Assembly (NCBI RefSeq): GCF_004010195.1
Contig: NC_057720.1
Coordinates: forward strand, 3,518,750-3,563,175
DNA length: 44,426 bases
Source of the DNA: Chiloscyllium plagiosum
Lineage: Eukaryota
Direction of reading: 5' to 3'
Shown in pieces: positions 1 to 12,177 of this stretch; the first letter of the stretch is position 1; every line of letters starts with the position of its first letter. The notes under the pieces were generated by a model. That model was not told the DNA's origin, made no database searches, and was given only the letters and a program-made list of their open reading frames with translations. The position numbers and the translations under genes were made by a program.

Positions 1-482
1 AGAAGCGGAGGGCTTTGAGTCCTTCGTGATGGGGGATGGAGGTGTACAGGGACTGGATGTCCATGGTGAAAATAAGGCGTTGGGGACCGGGGAAGCGAAA
101 ATCATGGAGCAGGTGGAGGGCATGGGTGGTGTCCCGAACGTAGGTGGGGAGTTCTTGGACTAAGGGGGACAGGACGGTGTCAAGGTACGCAGAGATGAGT
201 TCGGTGGGGCAGGAGCAGGCGGAGACAATGGGTCGGCCGGGGAAATCAGGTTTGTGGATTTTGGGCAGGAGGTAGAAGCGGGAGGTGCGGGGTTGTGGGA
301 CTATGAGGTTGGAGGCGGTGGATGGGAGATCCCCCGAGGTGATGAGGTTATGGACGGTTCTGGGAGATGATGGTTTGGTGGTGGGGGGTGGGGTCATGAT
401 GGAGGGGGCAGTAGGAGGAGGTATCTGCGAGCTGGCGTTTGGCCTCAGCGGTGTAGAGGTCGGTGCGCCAAACTACTACTAT
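1..482 (-). mobile_element. Penelope-like element reverse transcriptase fragment (frameshifted, runs off window start)
   Basis: Minus-strand translation gives VVVWRTDLYTAEAKRQLADTSSY, RFYLLPKIHKPDFPGRPIVSACSCPTE and VQELPTYVRDTTHALHLL...IFTMDIQSLYTSIPH. LPKIHK, RPIVS and DIxSLYTSIP are typical PLE RT motifs. Confidence 0.9.
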
Positions 483-1025
483 AACACATAGTAGCTTGCC
501 TCTTGTATCTGGAGCATCTTGGAAGAAATTTACTCTCCTCTTCAGGCAGCAAAGGCATTGAGGCAGCAACATCCACTGTGTCTATCTCAGATTCCAACTA
601 TCTTCAATGCCTAACCGAGAGGGAGAACTCATGGGTTCCAGAACAATCGGAAAGGCAGTTGAGGAACCGGGCATGTTTGCTCCTCCACTGTTTGCAAGTT
701 TGTAGCTTTCATGTGGTCCATATGCTTACTCAGGACTGTCGCACCTACCCAAACTTTATATGTCAATGGACCTTACATCATGTTGACCATGCCTCTTACC
801 CATGCAGGGCCATTCCCATCGTTCCTACAACATACTTCTTCACCTGAAGACCCACAACCACCTAATGATGGAGCATTGCTCCGAAAGCTAGTGCTTCCAA
901 ATAAACCTGTTGGACTATAACTTGGTGTTGTGTGATTTTTAACTTTATTCATCTGAAGTAAACTGTCTCATTTGCTTAGTGGAGTATTGTGTCCGGCGTT
1001 GGAGTTTCTGATACTGTTCCACCTC
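483..1025 (-). mobile_element. Gypsy-type LTR retrotransposon integrase C-terminal remnant, split by an insertion at 850-947
   Basis: Minus strand reads EVEQYQKLQRRTQYSTKQMRQFTS, then SGEEVCCRNDGNGPAWVRGMVNMM*GPLTYKVWVGATVLSKHMDHMK. This resembles the GPxW...GPxxYxV...HxDxL C-terminal integrase module and has an in-frame stop. Confidence 0.65.
850..947 (+). mobile_element. Solo 98-bp Penelope pseudo-LTR cassette with a mutated minimal hammerhead motif
   Basis: CAC-CTAATGA-T-GGAGC-ATT-GCTCC-GAAA-GCTA-GTG at 859-893. Flanked by TTCACCTGAAG (839-849) and TTCATCTGAAG (948-958). Same family as the end of the Penelope copy at 23325-23447. Confidence 0.8.
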
Positions 1026-1040
1026 GATTCCCACATCCCC

Positions 1041-2314
1041 CCAGTGCGGAAACGACCCTTTGGTCCAATTCGTTCATGCTGACCAGATATCCTAAATTAA
1101 TCTAGTCCCATTTGCCAGCACTTGGCCAATATCCTTTTAAACCCTTCCTATTCATTTACCCCTCCAGATGCCTTTTAAATGTTGTAATTGTATCAGCCTC
1201 CACCACTTCCCTGGCAGCTTATTCCATATACGCACCACTCTCTGCATGAAAACGTTGCCCCTTAGATCCTATTTAAATGTTTCCCCTCTCACTCTAAACC
1301 TATGCCCTCTAGTTCTGAACTCCCCCACCCCAGAGTAAAGGCCTTGCCTATTTACCCAATCCATGCCCCTCATGATTTTATAAACCTCCATAAGGTCACC
1401 CTTCAGCCTCTGGCACTCCAGGGAAAACAGCCCCAGCCTATTCAGCCTCTTCCTATTCCTCAAACCTTCCAACCCTGGCAAAATCCTTGTTAATCTTTTC
1501 TTAAACCTTTTAAGTTTCACAACATGGTGGGCGGCACGGTGGCACAGTGGTTAGCACTGCTGCCTCACAGCGCCTGAAACCCGGGTTCAATTCCCGCCTC
1601 AGGCGACTGACTGTGTGGAGTTTGCACGTTCTCCCCGTGTCTGCGTGGGTTTCCTCCGCGTGCTCCGGTTTCCTCCCACAGTCCAAAAGATGTGCAGGGT
1701 CAGGTGAATTGGCCATGCTAAATTGCCCGTAGTGTTAGGTAAGGGGTAAATGTAGGGGTATGGGTGGGTTTCGCTTCGGCGGGTCGGTGTGGACTTGTTG
1801 GGCCGAAGGGCCTGTTTCCACACTGTAATGTAATCTGTAATCTAATCTAAACATTCTTTCAATAGGAGGGAGACCAGAATTGCATGCAACATTCCAAAAG
1901 TATCCTAACCAACATCCTGTACAGCTGCAACATGACCTCCCAACCCCTATACGCAATGCACTAACCAATAAAGCATGCCAAACACTTTCTTCACTGTCCT
2001 ATCTATCTGCAACTCCACTTTCAAGAAACTATGAATTTGCACTCAAGGTCTCTTTGTTCAGCAACTCTCCCCAGGACCTTACCATTAAGTGTATAAGCCT
2101 TGCCCTGATTTGACTTTCAAAAATGCAGCACCTCACATTTATTTAAATTAAACTCCATCTGCCATTCCTCGGCCCATTGGCCCATCTGATCAAGATCCTG
2201 TTGTAATCTGAGGTAACTTTCTTCATTGTCCACTACACCTCCAATTTTGGAGTTATCTACAAACCTACTAACCAGACATCCTATGTTCACATCCAAATCA
2301 TTTACATAAATGAC
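1041..2314 (-). mobile_element. CR1 (HER1-like) LINE 3' fragment, interrupted by a SINE
   Basis: ORF pieces YVNDLD...FVDNSKIGGVV...QWAEEWQMEFN and RLTRILPGLEGL...RLGLFSLE...LKGDLMEVYKIMRG are CR1 RT C-terminus; 3' tail near 1041. Confidence 0.9.
1526..1849 (+). mobile_element. HE1-type tRNA-derived SINE, near full length
   Basis: A-box-like TGGCACAGTGG, B-box GGTTCAATTCC, CR1-like tail GGGCCGAAGGGCCTGTTTCCACACTGT plus TAATC repeats, and AACAT duplicated at 1521-1525 and 1850-1854. Confidence 0.9.
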
Positions 2315-3037
2315 TTGAAACATTAGCTCTGTTTTTCTCTGCTTCCAGAACTGCTGAGTTTCTCTGGCATTTTGTTTTCATGCTTGCATCCGCAGTTCTT
2401 TCTTTTCTTTTGAAATTTGAGCTTGGCATTGGTTGCTCACAATCAGTTAGATGGATAGAAAAACAGAAAGACAAATGAGTGAATTGTATCAATAGTAGGA
2501 ACTTCAAGAAGTTCACAAATCAAAAGCATTGCTATGCACAATTAAAGAGAGCAGATGGACAATTACAGGCATTGGTAACAAAGACCTCATAGCCTTGGCA
2601 TGGGAATAAGTAAAAACAGAATAGATAGAAGAAAAATCAGATGGGTGGATAACATTGCAAAATGGGAGGCTTGAGGAAAGTCATGGAAGAGGAACAAGAC
2701 GATGCCAATGGCCTCACTAAGGCTACGATGAAAATAAACAAATGGCTTAGCTCCTACACATTAATATATAAACCTGAAATTCAATTCTGTTTCTCTTCAA
2801 AGGTGCTGCCTGATCTGCTGAGTCGTTAATATTGCAGCACAGACTTTGCAGTGATGCTAAAGATGATGAATGTCAACTATTGTTACTGTAATGGTATCTA
2901 TTGCAGAGGCATAACCCTCGCAGGTCAACATATAACTTGATATAACATGAACTGTAGCACAATTCTGATGGTGGAAACTGGATACACAAACAGAAGGTGC
3001 TGGAAAATCTCAGCAGGTCTCGCCGCAACTGAGAAAT

Positions 3038-3242
3038 GGAAGTGCCAGTGTTGGACTGGAGTGGACAAAATTAAAAATCACACAACATCAGGTTATAGTC
3101 CAACAGGTTTATTTGGAAGTCCAAATTTTCAGAGCGCTGCTCCTTCATCAGGTAGCTACCTAGTGAAGGAGCAGTGCTCCAAAAGTTTATACTTTCAAAT
3201 AAATTTGTTGGACTATAATCTGGTGTTATGTGATTTTTAACT
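3038..3242. mobile_element. Palindromic head-to-head dimer of the Penelope hammerhead cassette
   Basis: 3071-3155 is the reverse complement of 3156-3240 around GGTAG|CTACC. The minus arm keeps CTGATGA-A-GGAGC-AGC-GCTCT-GAAA. There is an extra tail of about 30 bp on the left only. Confidence 0.85.
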
Positions 3243-4614
3243 AACAGCATCTGTGAAGAGAGCAACTCAGACTAATGTTCATATGCTGCCAACACCGAAG
3301 GAGTGATGCACTCTCAAGACATTTTTGATATTACCTATTATGCAGTATGGGCAATTCACTGGCACTTAGTACAATTTGGAAACCATTTATTAAAAACTAA
3401 TGTCTAAAGCTTATTTTAATAGCTTAGCCAATCTCAGGAACACAACTGGAATTCTCTTTAAAAAATATGATCCCAGAAATAGCTACTGGGCAGGAATTGG
3501 TCAGCAGTGCCAAAGGTGCTATGGTCATTAAACCAAGAGTCTTGATGAATGGCTCCTTTTCATAAGAAACCTTATCTGAGGACCTGAATATTTGTTTAGC
3601 TACTCAGAGTAAAGTCAACCCAAGGAATTTAGTTATAAATTACTTTTTGGTCCTAAAGGACCGGAGGAATATGAAACTTGATAATGACTTGTTACTTTTA
3701 ACTCAAATGTACAAATGTTGATAGTGAGGAATTCATTTTTTATCATAGAATCAAAAAAGGCAAATATATCATATACTCACCGGATTTGGAAATGGAGTGA
3801 ATGTTCACCTCAGTTCTGTCCAGTATGTTAAACATTGACAAAAATTTGCTTTGTTTACATTAGGTTGGCAGCTTAAAAATAGACAATTTGACTCAATTGT
3901 GTTGATTATGCGAACAGGGGTATACTGGACCATTAAATCGAGAGTCTGGTCTATTGATATTATGATATCAAATCTGACAACGGCAGCTGAGAAATTTAAT
4001 TGCAGCTACAGCAAAGGTTTTAATCAGTGCCTTATCAACCAGCACTCTTCATAAACTGGCAAAAAAAACCTCAAACACTGTGATCTAATACAATGTCCGA
4101 GTATTTATACTGTAAGTAAAGCATAACAGTGATGTGTATACCCCCTGCATTACACTCCTTTTATTTATTGTATGTTTTAGATTAATTTTAGGAGATGTGT
4201 TGATGTTTTTAATAGTGTTTTAATGGATGTTGATGTCTTGAAGCTTTGCTTGGTCAGGGTTAACAGTGGTTATGCGTGCCTCTTGATTATCCAGACTATT
4301 TGATCAACTGGCACACTCCTGGTCCTATTGATGCCAGTTGATAAAACATTTGCTGTAATTAAGTAAATCTGGAATAAATGGCTAGTTTCATGGTTTTGAT
4401 CAAGGAACAATTAGATTGCTGTAAAAACTCATCTGGTAAAATAGGGAAGGAAAGAAAGCAAGAGGGACAGTAATATTGATTGAAGTATCAGTAATAGTCA
4501 CCATGAAACTGCCAAGTTGTTCCTTTTTCCTGGTTCGCCAATCTCCTGTAGCAAAGAAAGTTTGCCATCCTTGAAGGTCTGGCTTGAATGTAACTTCTAA
4601 CACATAGCAATTTT

Positions 4615-5072
4615 GTCCATATAACTATCCAATGACCATTCAATGACCATTTAAATGCCCTTAATGTTGGCGACTCTATTACTGTTGCAGGCAGTGCGTC
4701 CCACGCCCCTACTTCTCTCTAAGGAAAGAAACTACCTCTGACATCTGTCATATATCTATCACCCCTCAATTTAAAGTTTTGCCGCCTCGTGCTAGTCATC
4801 ATCATCTGAGGAAAAGGGCTCTCACTGTCCACCCTATCTAACCCTCTGATTATCTTATATGTCTCAATTAAGTCACCTCTAAATCTTCTTCTTCTCCAAC
4901 AAAAACAGCCTCAAGTCCCTCAGTCTTTCCTCATTCGACCTTCCCTCCATACCAGGCAACATTCTAGTAAATCTCCTCTGAACCCTTTCCAAGGCTTCCA
5001 CATCTTTCCTATAATGCAGTGACCAGAGCTGTATGCAATACTCCAAGTGCGACCGCACCGGAGTCTTGTACA
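4615..5072 (-). mobile_element. CR1 LINE 3' fragment
   Basis: LYKTPVRSHLEYCIQLWSLHYRKDVEALERVQRRFTRMLPGMEG is the CR1 RT C-terminus. Confidence 0.9.
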
Positions 5073-5521
5073 GGTGGCGGAGGCACCTTCTCACATTACC
5101 GACCGCATCCCGCCTTTCTTTTCTTTTATTTTGTTTTCGTAATTTAACTTTTGAATCAAATTCATCTTTTTCTCCTTCTGCAGCAGTGGTGGTGAAAAGA
5201 GGTTGCAGGAGCTGTTGAGTAGCAGATCTGGTCCATTCTTCATGGCAATGGCAGCTGTGGCTTGAACAACTGTTCCAGTGATGAATTCCATTTTCTTCCT
5301 CTGATGTTTTGGTGGCATCTGCAGCAGTGGCAGAGTGAGTGATCTCTCAATGTAATGATCTCTTGGTCATCAGAAATTAATTTGGACCATCAATCTGTTC
5401 TCGGTAGTCAAGATGGGCCCCAGTCCTCAAGAGTTGCGACAGTCTTCTGGCTAATTTTAATTTTCGTTACTTTTGTACAAAACTTCATGGTACACATGGC
5501 ACACTGATTGAAACTGATTGA

Positions 5522-6739
5522 AAACCTCTGGTTTATGGCCTTCTGGTCTCATTATCAAGCTCAACAATTTTCGATCGGCCTCCATCTTGTTCTATGTGTA
5601 TTTTTTTTCACCCTTTCTCCTTTTGTTTTGCTGGATTGTTCTTGTGTTTTTTTATATCCCTTCATGTTGCATTTTTTATCTTTTCATGATAGGTATGCAG
5701 CAATTCACACTTCACACAATCCTTGATTTTTCACTATGCCCACGACCACTCTACTTGGCTGATGTATTGTGAAGTTGTTTGTTATCTTTTGTTCGAAAAT
5801 CTCCCCTGGTCTCTATCCTATTACAGACCTTTTGTTCTTCCTGCCTCCTCTACCATTATCCTGGTTTAAAGAAAACTCTTGCATTTCTATTTTTCTCCAG
5901 TTGTGATGAAAAGTCATTTGATCTGAATCATCAATTCTGTTTCTCTTCACAAATGCTACCTGCCCTGCTGAATATTTTCACCACATTTTACTTTTATTTA
6001 AGATTTCCAGAATCCACAGTTTTTAGCTTTTGTTTCATCGTTAGTCCCTTTCCTTTCTTACCATCCTTCAATGAAAGAGAACAGGATTCCTTAGGCCTTT
6101 AACTACTTTTTAAACAATTCTCTACATTGAATTGATCTGAAATGTGTCTACCCAGTCTCCCAGTTTGGCTATATCCTCACAGTTCACAATTATTACAAGT
6201 TTAATATCATGTGCAAATTTTACCTGGAGTACCTGTCTATATTTTTGACATGCATCAAGAAAAACAGTTGTCCTTAAACCAACCCCTGGGAAATCAAGAA
6301 CAATCAGCAAAACAAGGAGAAAGGGAGAAAAAAAAAGACACATAGAACAAGATAGAGGCATATCGAAAATTGTTGAGCTTGATGATTAGGGCAGCATAGT
6401 GACACAGTGGTTAGCACTGCTGCCTCATAGCGCCAGAGATCCGGATTCAATTCCTGCCTCAGGCAACTGTCTGTATGGAGTTTGCACATTCTCCCCGTGT
6501 CTGTGTGGGTTTCCTCCGGGTGCTCTGGTTTCCTCCCACAGTCCAAAAATGTGCAGGTTAGGTGAATTGCCCATAGTGTTACGTGAAGGGGTAAATGTAG
6601 GGGAATGGGTCTGGGTGGGTTGCTCTTCGGAGAGTCGGTGTGGACTTATTGGGCCAAGAGCCTGTTTCCACACTGTAAGTAATCTAATCTAGTAATCTAA
6701 TAAAAATGATCAGTCTAGAAGGCCATAAACCAGAGGTTT
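5522..6739. repeat. Inverted repeat of about 125 bp (5522-5645 vs 6295-6739, right arm split by a SINE)
   Basis: AAACCTCTGGTTTATGGCCTTCT...CAAGCTCAACAATTTTCGAT...ATCTTGTTCTATGTG recurs as its reverse complement at 6295-6387 and 6706-6739. Confidence 0.8.
6388..6705 (+). mobile_element. HE1-type SINE
   Basis: Collinear with 1526-1849; ATGAT duplicated at 6382-6386 and 6706-6710. Confidence 0.9.
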
Positions 6740-6979
6740 GCTTCCTTCAAACTGAAAAATGACCAATATCACAATTTTCTCCACTCTGGTCACAATACCA
6801 CTATTCTCTATTTCCTGTCACTCAGCTAACTTCACACCATAGTTTGGTATTGTAATTTATTGTTACATATATTTATGAACAGACAATAAAATGCTTATAA
6901 GCCGTCATAATACAGCATCTTTTTAATTACGTCAATTATACAAAGAAATAAATCATACAAAGTTAGTAACTGTTGCACC

Positions 6980-7300
6980 AGTAAGTGAATTGCAAAGGAT
7001 CAAGGCAATTTGGTCAGCTGGAGTTGATGTAAGCCATAACTAACCTCTTGCAGCACTTCATCATTATGGAGGTCAGAGCCACCTGTTAGTAGTCATTGAG
7101 GCATGCTGCATGATTTTTCTTTGGAACCAGGTCTTCTTGTAGGAGGACTTCAAATTGCAGTGAGAAGTTAAAGATGTCTGTGAATACTCCCGCCAGCTGG
7201 TCCACACAGGATCTGAGTGCACAGCCAGAGACTCCATCCGAGCCTATTGCTTTCCATGGGTTCATTCTCAAATAGGGTGATCTAAACTTTGCAGCAGTGG
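6980..7300 (-). mobile_element. Rex1/Babar-like non-LTR RT fragment
   Basis: [32 protein letters not shown]...VPKK...CLNDY*QVALTSIMMKC...LDPLQFTY resembles the Rex1-type RT N-terminus. Confidence 0.7.
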
Positions 7301-8825
7301 CTATGGATATAAAGTCAGAGAAGGCTCATGTAGAGTCAGAGAGGGAAAGGCCAGAAGGTATTATGAATGCATGCAAGGGCAAAACTTGAGGAAGAGATTG
7401 GTTCAAGAAAGGGAAGATGAGGAAGAATCTAGAGTAGTGTTGTCACCCATGAGTTAGTGAAGTTTGCAATCCTGCACAGTTGTATGGAAAATAAAGTTGG
7501 TATCCAAGCACAAGATAAGGTAAAGGATGACATGAAACTGCAGGGTGGGATGGTGCGTCAGCTCTCTGGTGCCAGGATCAAAGATATCTTGGACAGTGTG
7601 GAGAATATTCTCAAAGGGGAGATGGATCAGCAGGAGGACATTGTGCACCTTGGAACTAATGACATAGGAAAAGCATGCAGGAAGTTAGGCAGCAAGTTAA
7701 AAAGGAGGTCCTCGAGAGCAGTAATATCCCAGTGCCACCAACTCGTGAGGGTAGGCGTAGGAGGTTAGAGCAGATGAATGCATGGTTGAGGAGTTGGTGC
7801 AGGGGAGAAGGATCATTTTTGGATCATTGAAATCTCATCTGGGGTAGAGGTTACTTGTGTAAGAAGGACAGATTGCATCTGGATTGGAAGGGAACTAATA
7901 TACTGGTGGGGAGATTCGCTAGAACTGCTCAGGAGAATTTAAACTAGTAAGCATTGCAAGGTGGGGTGTTCCCAGAGAGATAGTTAGGAAAGAGGTCAGT
8001 CTGAGACTGATATAGTTGGGGAAAGGCGCAAGTCAAACAGTCAAGACATTCAGGAACAAAGCAGAGATCGAGGAAGGAATGATAAATAAAATTGCATTTA
8101 TTTCAATGTAAGAGGCCTAACAGGTAAGGCAGATGAACTCAGATGAACATGGGACTGGGATATCATAGCAATTACAGAGATATGGCTCAAGGATGGACAG
8201 GACTGACAGCTTAACATTCAAGGGTGTAGATGCTATAGGAAGGATAGAAAGGAGTCAAGATAGGAGGGGGAGTGACGTTTTTGATTCGGGATAACATAAC
8301 AGTTGTACTTAGGGAGGATAGTTCAGGGAAAATGTCCAGGGAAGTTAGTTGGGTGGAATTGAAAAATAAGAAAGGGATGAACACCTTATTGTGCTATACT
8401 TTAGGGATGATTATCTTATTGGGATTATACTATAGACCTCCCCGTAATCAGCTGGAAATTGAGAAAAAAATTTGTAAGGAGATCTCAGTTATCTGTAAGA
8501 ATAATAGGGTGGTTATAGTAGGGGATTTTAATTTTCCAAACATAGACTGGGACTGCCATAGTGTTAAGGACATGAATGGAGAGGAATTTGTTAAGTGTGC
8601 ACAAGAACATTTTCTGATTCAGAATGTGGATGTACTTACTAGAGGAGGTGCAAAACTTGACCTACATTTGGGAAATAAGGCAGGGCAGGTGACAGAGGTA
8701 TCAGTGGGGGAGCACTTTGGGCCCAATGACCATAATTCTACTAGTTTTAAAACAGTGATGGAAAAGGATAGACTGGATCTAAAAGTTAAAGTTCTAAATT
8801 GTAGAAAGGCCAATATTGGTATTTT

Positions 8826-9370
8826 TGGAGTTGACATTAGGCTATTTGGCCCATTGAGTCTGCTCTGCCATGCAATCATGGCTTGTAGGGTTTTCATTTT
8901 CCTGCTTACTCCCTGTAACCTTTGATCCGCTTGGCAATAAAGAACTTACCTATCTCTGTTTTAAAATATACTCAATGACCTGGCCTCCACAGTCTTCTGT
9001 GGCAATGAATTCCATAGATTCACCACTCTCTGGCTAAAGATGTTTCTCTTTACCTCCATTCTAAAGGACCTTCCCTTTACTCTAAGGCTGTGCCCTTGGG
9101 TCCTTGCCTCTCCTGCCAATGGAAACATCTTCCAGACATCAACTTTGTCCAGGCTGTTCAGTATTCTGGACACTTCAATCAGATCCCCCCCCCTCGTCCT
9201 TCTAAACTCCATTGAGTATAGTCCCAGAGTTCTCAAATGTTTCTCATGTGTTAAGCCTTTCATTCCTGGTGTCATTCTCATGAAACTCCTTTGGACCCAC
9301 TCCAAGGCCAATACATCTTTCCTGAGGTATAGGACCCAATATTGCTCACAATACTCTAAATGTGGTCTGA
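8826..9370 (-). mobile_element. CR1 3' fragment inserted antisense into the long CR1
   Basis: ALEWVQRSFMRMTPGMKGL...RNIFSQRVVNLWNSLP followed by a CR1-type tail; the host CR1 sequence resumes after it. Confidence 0.85.
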
Positions 9371-10380
9371 GATATTAGGCAAGAGTTTACGAAATTTGAC
9401 TGAGGGCAGAAGTTTGGAGGTAAAAGGAGGACTGGAAAATGGAAAGCCTTCAAAATGAGAAAATGAGAGTCCAGAGACAGTACATTTCTGTTAGGGTGAA
9501 AGGCAAGGCTGGTAGGTGTAGCGAATGCTGGATGACCAGGGAAATTGAGGTTTAGGTCAAGACAAAGAAGGAAGCATATGTTAGGTAGAGACAGCAGAGA
9601 TCAAGTGAATCTGTAGAAGATTATGAAGGCAGTAGGAGTATATTTAAGAAGGAAAATTGGAGGTCAAAAAGGACACACAAGATAGCTTAGGCAAATAGGA
9701 TTAAGGAGAATCCAAAGGGATTTTACAAATACAGTAAGGACAAAAGAATAAAAGTAGAGAAGAGGGCCTCTTAAAGATCAGCAAGGCCACCTACGTGTGG
9801 AACCACAGGAGATGGGGGAGATACTAAACAAGTATTTTGCATCGAAGTTTACTGTGTAGAAGGATATGGAAGATATAGAACATAGGGAAACAGATAGCAA
9901 CACCTTCAAAAGTGTCCATATTATGAGGAGTAGGTGTGGAATGGCTTAAAACGCAAAAAAGCGGATAAATCCCTGGCACCTGATCAGATGCAACTGAGAA
10001 TCCTGTGTGAATCTACGGAAGTGATTGCTAGGTTCCTTGCTGAGATATTTGTATCATCGATAGCCACTGGTGAGGTGCCGGAAGATTGGAAGTTGGATAA
10101 CATGGTGCCACTATTTAAGAAAGGTGGTAAGGAAAAGCGAGGGAATTATAGACCAGTGAGCCTGACATTGGTAATCGGGAAGTTGTTGGAGGGAATCCAG
10201 AGGGTCAGAATTTGTACGTATTTGGAAACACAAGGTTGATTAGGTATTGTCAATATGGCTTTGTGCTTGAGAAATCATGTCTCACTAACTTGATTGAGTT
10301 TTTTGAAGTAACAAAGAGGATTGATGAGGGCTGAGCGGTGGACGTGATCTACGTTGACTTCAGTAAGGTGTTCGACAAGG

Positions 10381-10733
10381 CTTGTCTTTGAAATTAGAAT
10401 CCCTGCAGTGTGGAAACAGGCTCTTTAGACCAACAAGTCCACACTGACTCTCTGAAGAATAATCCATCCAGACCCATTCCCCTACCCTATATTTACCCCT
10501 GACTAATGTACCTAACCTATACAATCCCTGAACACTATGAGCAATTTTGCACCAGCCAATTCATCTAACCTGCACATCTTCGGACTGTGCGAGGAAACCG
10601 GGGCACCCAGAGGAAACCCACACAGACATGGGGAGAATGTGCAAACTCCACACAGACAATTGCCCGAGGCTGGAATCGAACCCGGGTCCCTGGTGCTGTG
10701 AGGCAGCAGTGCTACCACTAAGCCACCATGCCA
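10381..10733 (-). mobile_element. HE1-type SINE inserted in the CR1 RT (within FDK|VPH)
   Basis: Reverse complement of the HE1 body; host reads ...TTCGACAAGG then resumes TTCCTCATGG. Confidence 0.88.
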
Positions 10734-12177
10734 TTCCTCATGGTACACTGGTTAGTAAGGTTAGATCACATGGAATACAGGGAGAACTAGACATTTGGAT
10801 ATGGAACTGGCTCAAAGAAGACAGGGTGGTGGTGGAGGGTTGCTTTTCAGACCAGAAGCTTGTGACCACAAGGATCGGTCCTGGGTTCACTGTTTTTTGT
10901 CATTGATATAAATTATTTGGATGTGAACATAGGAGGTATGGTTAGTAAACTTGCAGATGACACCAAAATTGGAGGTGTAGTGGACAGCAAAGAAGGTTAC
11001 CTCAAGGTACAGCAGAGCTTTGATTAGATGGGACAATGGGCTGAGGAGTGGCAAATGGAGTTTAATTTAGATAAATGTGAGGTGCTGCATTTTGGAAAGG
11101 CATATCAGAGGAAGGACTTACATACTTAATGGTAAGATCTTGAGAAGTGTTGCTGAACAAAGAGACCTTGGAGTGCAGGTTCATAGTTCCTTCAAAGTGG
11201 AGTTGCAGGTAGATAGGATAGGGAAGAAAGCATTTGGTATGCTTGCCTTTATTGGTCAGTGCATTGAGTATTGGAGTTGGGAGGCCATATTGCAGCTGTA
11301 CAGGACATCTTTTTAGCCCACTTTTGGAATATTGTGTGCAATTCTGGCCTCCCTGATATAGGAAAGATGTTGTGCAACTTTAAAGGGTTCAGAAAAGATT
11401 TACAAGGATGTTGCCAAGTTGGGAGGGGGGGGGTTTGAGCTATAGGAGGCTGAATAGACTGGGGCTATTTTCCCTGGAGTGTCGGGAAGCTGAGGGGTGA
11501 CATTATAGAGTTTAAAAGGTCATGAGGGGAGTAGATAGGGTAAATGGATAAGGTCTTTTCTCTAGGGTGGGGAAAAATAGGTTTCAGATGAGAGGGGAGA
11601 GATTTAAAAGTGACAACTTTTTCACGCAGATGGTGGTGTGTGTATGGAATGAATTACCAGAGAAAGTGGTGGAGGTTGGTCCAATTGCAACATTTAAAAG
11701 GGATCTGGATGTGTATATGAATATGAAGGGTTTAGAGGGTTATGGGCCAAGTGCTAGGAAATTGAACTAGATTAATTCAGGATATCTGGTCAGCATGGAC
11801 GAGTTGAACTGAAGGATCTGTTTCCCTGCTGTACGTCTCAATGACTTGACGAGATTTAAGACAAGGTGAGTTTGTGTTCTTTAAGAAAGAGGTTGAGAGT
11901 GTGCAAGTGACAAAGCATGGCAATGAGAATCCATCTTAGGAATGAGAATAACATTGCAAATCGTTTTGGATTTCTTGGAGAGATCTATAACTGTAACATA
12001 AAGGGTGGGATTTAAGTTGAAATCTAAGTAATGAGGCTTCTTTATAAAGCTAGTTTGGCTTCACTTCGAACATTTATCAAATTCTGTGCACTCTTCTTTA
12101 GGGGAGATATGAAGATTTTAGGAAGAAGTCAAAATATAGATTCAGGATCTCTGCTTCAATGGGTGAGGGACAATGGA

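Larger units (their letters stand above)
7540..11850 (+). mobile_element. Long decayed CR1 LINE: ORF1 SGNH esterase remnant, ORF2 APE endonuclease and RT, 3' tail
   Basis: ORF1: GARIKDI...VHLGTNDIGK...DRLHL. ORF2: CIYFNVRGL, IAITEIWL, YYRPP, VGDFNFPNIDW, PLFKKG...NYRPVSLT, ADDTKIGG, WNELPE. Many stops and frameshifts; interrupted at about 8826-9370 and 10381-10733. Confidence 0.92.

Noticed and set aside
1529..1600. tRNA genes at SINE heads (also 6390, 12570, 27210, 28256)
   Set aside because: A/B boxes are followed by SINE bodies and LINE-like tails, with no intact cloverleaf.
1510..1823. Recurrent short ORFs such as MWKQALRP, DCGRKPEHPEETH and LCGFPPGA
   Set aside because: They are chance translations of HE1 SINE copies.
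5075..5340. Possible exon after the pyrimidine tract ending CTGCAG at about 5183
   Set aside because: No recognisable protein and no convincing open frame; likely an unclassified repeat.
8272..8925. 217-aa and 224-aa (34458-35132) ORFs as active or domesticated genes
   Set aside because: They are pieces of CR1 ORF2 bounded by stops, frameshifts and insertions.
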